A DNA stretch of 64,000 nt. It comes from Hormiphora californensis (lineage: Eukaryota > Animalia > Ctenophora). Of this stretch, positions 13,812 through 64,000 are shown piece by piece. Location of the stretch: positions 5,456,001-5,520,000 of the forward strand of contig CM035350.1 of NCBI GenBank assembly GCA_020137815.1, read 5' to 3'. A program made the position numbers and the translations under genes. The number at the start of each line of letters is the position of its first letter. Within the stretch, counting starts at the first letter, position 1. The notes under the pieces were generated by a model, which was not told the DNA's origin, did not search any database, and saw only the letters and a program-made list of their open reading frames with translations.

Positions 13812-15140
13812 AGAGATTGCATTTTAACAGACACATCTCAGCTTAACCAGGAGATATCTACTAACAAGCAATTTGTAGCCGCAATCTCTCACACAGCGTT
13901 CCACTCTTTTTTACTGTCTCACACAGTGTCTCTCTCTCTAAAGCCAACACATTCTGATACCCCCTACTGCCACAAACGACTCCACTTCTTTCCTTCTACA
14001 CACACACAGACCAACACACACCTATTATGGATATATAGTTTATATACACACCAACACACACCTATGGACATACAAACCAACACACACCAACACAAACCTA
14101 TACATGCGTGTATCCACAGCCAATCCTCCTGGATTGTTTTATTCCTGATTTGCCTCCTCCGAGTGCTGTCATATTTCCTGCGTTCATGCCGGGATGGTCG
14201 GGGACTCAGGGTGTTGGTGCCAGTGGGCCGGGCACACTGCTCTATGATGCAGGAGGTGGCCGGACGACGTGAATCCGGGCTATGACCTGTGCTGTCCGTA
14301 CTGGATACACTTGAGTTGGAGAGCTGAGAGAATTTGCGGAATATCATACGTGAGTAATACCAAGGTGAAATAGCCAAAACTGTCAAATATCAAATATAGT
14401 TGACGAGATGTGATATCATACCTGGCGAGTGTAGGGTGGCGTGGGAGAGCTCTGACACATAGCACACTTCTTGGTTTTAGGATAGTTGGTGTATGTACAT
14501 CGGGAGCACACCCACTTTTCCTGGTGAAATGATATATATTAGAAGGGTTAATATCGGGGGATCCACCCTCCTCCTGTGGGGTAGGGTCCACTTAGAGCGG
14601 TATACATTAAGGGGTATCCATGACAACTACGACAAGGGAGTTGCAGGGGCCGCAGTAACTCACCTCAGAGTGTTTGTTCTTGCGGGAACGTCGTGATTGC
14701 CGTTGAATACCACTCGTACCACACGCCCCATCCACCACGACAGCAGGGGGTGTAATTGAGGTCTGTTGTTGGGGTGGTGATGGCGGTGAGAGTTCCGACG
14801 TTGTTTCCTCGATTAAACAATCATCTGGTTTTTGGTAACACATTGTACACCTTACTGATGCTGGCCAATTCTCGTATGTGCATTTCTAGAGGGGAAGGTG
14901 AGGGTGAGGTGGTTTTATCCAACACGTGTTGACAGTGGTATCCAAGAAACTAGTGGTTCTAACCTTGCACGTCCATTTGCTTATTTTTGGTTGCTGTATC
15001 GCTTCCATTTTAACCTTTCCCGTTTCAGAATCAATAACACCGTCCTTTGGAATCAAGCAGAGAACGCACTTTCTGGCTAGAGGCCAATTGGCATAACTGC
15101 AGGCCCGACACAACCATTTAACGGAATCCTCACTGCTCAT
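6873..15140 (-). CDS. ZRANB1: Ubiquitin thioesterase ZRANB1/TRABID (3x NZF zinc finger, ankyrin UBD, OTU domain), 12 coding exons
   Basis: GT-AG exons at 15140-14964, 14885-14664, 14520-14422, 14323-14098, 11774-11571, 11219-11033, 10692-10621, 9953-9832, 9476-9400, 8411-8166, 7333-7149 and 7031-6873. Three W-x-C-x2-C-(S/T)-Y-x-N-x6-C-x2-C fingers. TRABID-type motifs: DWLWIHACIG, GQTLVHLA, LYALWNRSAGDCLLDS (catalytic Cys), SLEQAHVFCLAHVLRRP, GVYLPLLW, LGYTRGHFSAL (catalytic His). One apparent +1 frameshift near 8325. Confidence 0.95.
11817..12454 (-). mobile_element. Copy A of the A..A'B..B' non-autonomous family, with its interior replaced by a foreign palindromic sequence
   Basis: Same termini as 28356-29011 in reverse orientation (TGAGGCATAAACTC... 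and ...AAGTTAGCAGGGTATA). The interior 11996-12411 differs. Confidence 0.8.
11996..12228. repeat. Long imperfect palindrome (about 95-bp arms), probably the ends of a second MITE family
   Basis: CAGGAACTTGATCTCGATTGTCACGCGCAAATAC...AAAAAATTCGACTTTA is mirrored by TAAAGTCGAATTTTTT...GATATCAAGTTCCTG. The arm segment CCCCTGTCCCTTGATTAAAAAATTCGACT recurs at about 12377-12406 and is followed by ATAGTG. Confidence 0.8.
12563..13156 (-). mobile_element. Copy B of the A..A'B..B' family (right two-thirds garbled)
   Basis: 12563-12775 is nearly identical to the reverse complement of about 28798-29011. 12775-13156 tracks the rest of 28356-28800 with many homopolymer-type errors. Confidence 0.8.
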
Positions 15141-15639
15141 CCTGTTGAATTTTTAATTTCTATCATAATTTGGAAGTGCCCCCTAATAATTAAATTATTT
15201 TTGACTCTGCGGTGAGGTCATGAAGATTGAAGCATTGAGTTGGAAGGAGCTGGAGACTAGAAATATTTAAAAAAAGATGTGATGAGTTAGCTAACCTTTG
15301 GAGAAGATGCTAGAAAGCGTAAAATGAAGTTCCTCCTAAAGCCACATCATACTTGAACAGTAAACGCCAGCGAAACGTGCAGTTTAAACTCGCAGTTGGA
15401 ATTTGGACACCGTTTTCAAATTTTGCCAGCTTCAACGCAAAGACAAAAAACGAACGCGAACAAAATAAAAAACTTCATTCATTTGTACGCTGCAAATTTA
15501 GAGTTTTCAACGTAACGCGCAACATAATACACAAATGAATGCGCCGCGTGGATGGCGCGGCGTTGAAATGTGATTTTCCAAATTATTTTAGTAAATTTTA
15601 ACGCTTTTCTGAAGAAAAACGCCCATTTTCTTACTTTCT

Positions 15640-16180
15640 ATTCGTGATCTAACTGCCAACTTCCTTAAAATGACGAGATGCAAGAATATCCAGATAGAGC
15701 CCCCTTTGTTACCACTCACAGGGGAAGTATTCCAATACAAGTCGGCAATCACAGCGAACGATGCCCGACTGGATGTTGGTGCGACAGGAGTCTGGTCCCC
15801 CAATGTGAAGTCATTGTGTGACATCCGGGTCTTTAACTCGCTGGCACCGAGCAACGCATCCCTATCAGTTGAAGATGCTCTTCGGAAACATGAGCAGGAG
15901 AAGATAAGGGCATATGGCGAGCGAGTCCTCCAAGTAGAGAAATGTGCCTTCTCTCCTTTAATCTTTTCAACAAATGGTGTGATGGGTCCTAATGCTGAGA
16001 GGTTTTATGCCCAGGTTGCGAGATTGATTTCTTTGAAAACTAAACAGTCCTATAGTGATTCAATCCGTTACATTCGTCAACGCCTTTCATTCAGTCTCCT
16101 AAAAACTATTATTGTTAGCCGCCGAGGTTTTCGTGGGACGAAAGTAACGAGAGTTACAGAAGAAACTGATTATAATTTAT
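15640..16180 (+). mobile_element. 3' fragment of a CRE-like non-LTR retrotransposon (restriction-like endonuclease region), 5'-truncated
   Basis: IRDLTANFL...IEPPLLPLTGE...ARLDVGATGVW...DIRVFN...HEQEKIRAY...FSPLIFSTNGVMG...IRQRLSFSLLK...RGFR matches the recalled C-terminal PD-(D/E)xK-type region of CRE-like elements of marine invertebrates. The frame is cut by the tandem array at 16181. Confidence 0.75.
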
Positions 16181-18537
16181 CTCGACCAAAACGCGGAGTT
16201 TTTACGTCAGCCGACCCGAAACCGGATTAAATTTGGCCACCCCCTGGTCTCAGGGCCTCCAAATATGTCAAAATATGTCTAAATTGTCATTTGGGGTCAT
16301 TTAGACCTTTTAATTACATGTAATTACCCTTTAATTACATGTAATTACATTTTAATTACATGTAATTACTTCCAATTACATTCCAATTACTTCAGTACCT
16401 CGAAAGCTTTCGAATGCACCCTAGAACATTATTCTACTGCTTCTAATTGCCGAGTTCAGCATACCCCTTATTTTGACTGTTTTTCGCGTCCTACCCCTTA
16501 TAGGTTTGGGTATGGCCATCGCCACACCCCCTATGCTACGCGGGACCTCGAGACCTTTCCAACAAGCCATAGAACACCTCTCTACTACTTCAGGGGGCTT
16601 CAAAACTTTCACTCTAAAAATATCTATGGTTATGTTTATGGTTACTCGACCAAAACGCGGAGTTTTTACGTCAGCCGACCCGAAATCGGATTAAATTTGG
16701 CCACCCGCTGGTCTCAGGGCCTCCAAACATGTCAAAATATGTCTGAATTGTCATTTGGGGTCATTTAGACCTTTTAATTACATGTAATTACCCTTTAATT
16801 ACATGTAATTACATTTTAATTACATGTAATTACTTCCAATTACATTCCAATTACTTCAGCACCTCGAGAGCTTTCGAACGCACCCTAGAATACCTTTCTA
16901 CTCCTTCTAATTGCCGAGTTCTGTATACCCCTTATTTTGACTGTTTTTCGCGTCCTACCCCTTATAGGTTTGGTTATGGCCATCGCCACACCCCCTATAC
17001 GTCGCGGGACCTCGAGACCTTTCCAACGAGCCATAGAACACCTCTCTACTACTTCAGGGGGCTTCAAAACTTTCACTCTAAAAATATCTATGGTTTATGT
17101 TTATGGTTTACCTCGACCAAAACGCGGAGTTTTTACGTCAGCCGACCCGAAACCTGATTAAATTTGGCCACCCGCTGGTCTCAGGGCCTCCAAATATGTC
17201 AAAATATGTCTGAATTGTCATTTGGGGTCATTTAGACCTTTTAATTACATGTAATTACCCTTTAATTACATGTAATTACATTTTAATTACATGTAATTAC
17301 TTCCAATTACATTCCAATTACTTCAGCACCTCGAGAGCTTTCGAACGCACCATAGAACACCTTTCTACTCCTTCTAATTGCCGAGTTCTGTATACCCCTT
17401 ATTTTGACTGTTTTTCGCGTCCTACCCCTTATAGGTTTGGGTATGGCCATCGCCACACCCCCTATACGTCGCGGGACCTCGAGACCTTTCCAACGAGCCA
17501 TAGAACACCTCTCTACTACTTCAGGGGGCTTCAAAACTTTCACTCTAAAAATATCTATGGTTTATGGTTTATGGTTACTCGACCAAAACGCGGAGTTTTT
17601 ACGTCAGCCGACCCGAAACCGGATTAAATTTGGCCACCCGCTGGTCTCAGGGCCTCCAAATATGTCAAAATATGTCTGAATTGTCATTTGGGGTCATTTA
17701 GACCTTTTAATTACATGTAATTACCCTTTAATTACATGTAATTACATTTTAATTACATGTAATTACTTCCAATTACATTCCAATTACTTCAGCACCTCGA
17801 GAGCTTTCGAACGCACCCTAGAACACCTTTCTACTCCTTATAATTGCCGAGATCTGCATACCCCTTATTTTGACTGTTTTTCGCGTCCTACCCCTTATAG
17901 GTTTGGGTATGGCCATCGCCACACCCCCTATACGTCGCGGGACCTCGAGACCTTTCCAACGAGCCATAGAACACCTCTCTACTACTTCAGGGGGCTTCAA
18001 AACTTTCACTCTAAAAATATCTATGGTTTATGGTTTTATGGTTTATGGTTTACTCGACCAAAACGCGGAGTTTTTACGTCAGCCGACCCGAAACCTGATT
18101 AAATTTTGCCACCCGCTGGTATCAGGGCCTCCAAATATGTCAAAATATGTCTAAATTGTCATTTTGGGTCATTTAGACCTTTTAATTACATGTAATTACC
18201 CTTTAATTACATGTAATTACATTTTAATTACATGTAATTACTTCCAATTACATTCCAATTACTTCAGCACCTCGAGAGCTTTCGAACGCACCCTAGAACA
18301 CCTTTCTACTCGTTCTAATTGCCGAGTTCTGTATACCCCTTATTTTGACTGTTTTTCGCGTCCTACCCCTTATAGGTTTGGGTATGGCCATCGCCACACC
18401 CCCTATACGTCGCGGGACCTCGAGACCTTTCCAACGAGCCATAGAACACCTCTCTACTACTTCAGGGGGCTTCAAAACTTTCACTCTAAAAATATCTATG
18501 GTTTTATGGTTATGGTTATGGTTATGGTTTTATGGTT
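16181..18537. repeat. Head-to-tail tandem array, 5 near-identical copies of a 464-475 bp unit
   Basis: Units start with CTCGACCAAAACGCGGAG at 16181, 16645, 17112, 17578 and 18053. Each contains three TAATTACATGTAATTA palindromes and ends in a variable (T)TATGGT tail. Confidence 0.95.
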
Positions 18538-19296
18538 TTTTTTCATCTGGTATTAAGGGCCTGTCGGCTCGGCCCCGTTGTTTTAGTTTTAGGGGGGATG
18601 TTTTAGGGGGGATGGGTTGAGTTTGGGTTATATTCGGGTCGGGGGGCCTTGCCAGGCCCCGAATTATACATGACGAGGTTTAACACCGATAATTTTTAAC
18701 TTATTTATTACTACAGAACATGTAAACTCATTTTTATGTATAATTTTTAACTTTTACCCCCCCAAAAAATTTTCTTACTTTTCCGTCGAAAAGGGCTGCC
18801 TCATCCCTTTTCAGTTTTCAAAGGGGTCTGTAGAAGAAAAAAAACTCGATTTTGGGTGGTTCTACGATTTTCACCGTTGGCATGTGATAAAATCCCCTCG
18901 TTAGATGTCCCAACTCCAAGCTCAGGGGCCTGCAGTGTCTACCGAGGTCCGGGGATTGCAATTTGCAACCACTAGAAACTTCTCGTATGGTAGATTTTAG
19001 ACTCAGCAATCAGCATGTGGGGTGTATCACCCTTTAGCGGTTAGCCAGTCGCATGAATGATGAAGACGGGCTTGGGGCTCGGGCCTCTGCCAGAGGCAAA
19101 TCTAGGCTGTTTCTAGTTGCTCGGCTGGAGGTATGAGTAGGTATACCTCCACTAGAAAAAGTGGCCTATCAGAGAGTACTTTGGGCGTTGGCACCTTGCA
19201 AAGATTTAGTAGTACTGAAATGAAGTGTCATCAGCTCACAGTTGTTGTTTATTTGTTTCTCACATTTAATGTCAGCTACTAAAATCTAGTTATGCT

Positions 19297-63765
<44,469 letters not shown>

Positions 63766-63776
63766 GTGAGTATTTG

Positions 63777-64000
63777 TTGAAATAATGGAACACTAGGTAA
63801 ACATGGATTGAAATAATGGAACACTAGGTAAACATGGGTTGAAATAATGGAACACTAGGTAAACATGGGTTGAAATAATGGAACACTAGGTAAACATGGG
63901 TTGAAATAATGGAACACTAGGTAAACATGGGTTGAAATAATGGAACACTAGGTAAATATGGGTTGAAATAATGGAACACTAGGTAAACATGGATTGAAAT
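63777..64000. repeat. 31-bp tandem repeat, at least 7 copies, running off the window
   Basis: GAAATAATGGAACACTAGGTAAACATGG(G/A)TT at 63779, 63810, 63841 and onward. Confidence 0.95.

Noticed and set aside
12770-14285. 338-aa G/K-rich ORF and neighbouring ORFs
   Set aside because: 12770-13156 is a garbled copy of the element at 28356-28800, showing poor consensus quality. The rest is homopolymer noise, GA repeat and the antisense of a ZRANB1 exon.
16421-18620. Repeated 63-130 aa ORFs as a peptide gene array
   Set aside because: They occur on both strands with variable ends and no protein features, and are by-products of the tandem unit.
18540-18900. G/T-rich segment after the array
   Set aside because: Homopolymer-biased and probably low-quality, so no reliable structure can be read.

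Overview
Eukaryotic (invertebrate animal) genomic DNA with spliceosomal introns and abundant (GA)n/(CT)n microsatellites. Intron-nested genes would fit a ctenophore-like genome, but the taxon cannot be established from sequence alone. Two large genes are arranged head-to-head. ZRANB1/TRABID lies on the minus strand (12 coding exons, 15140->6873). PRKDC/DNA-PKcs lies on the plus strand (from about 19297, running off the right end before the kinase domain). PRKDC introns hold antisense nested genes (a FLYWCH zinc-finger gene and an intronless GPCR) and a U6 snRNA gene whose TATA box coincides with a PRKDC splice donor. They also hold a Penelope-like element with inverted arms and hammerhead ribozymes, an intact R4-clade non-LTR retrotransposon with a 5' HDV-like ribozyme inserted in a (GA)n tract, and many non-autonomous DNA elements. 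The most unusual structure is a four-copy, ORF-less element family whose internal junction is the reverse complement of its joined ends (A..A'B..B'), with a covarying multi-hairpin domain. Homology calls come from recalled family motifs, not database searches. A few stretches (about 1-390, 12770-13730, 18540-18900) look like low-quality consensus.
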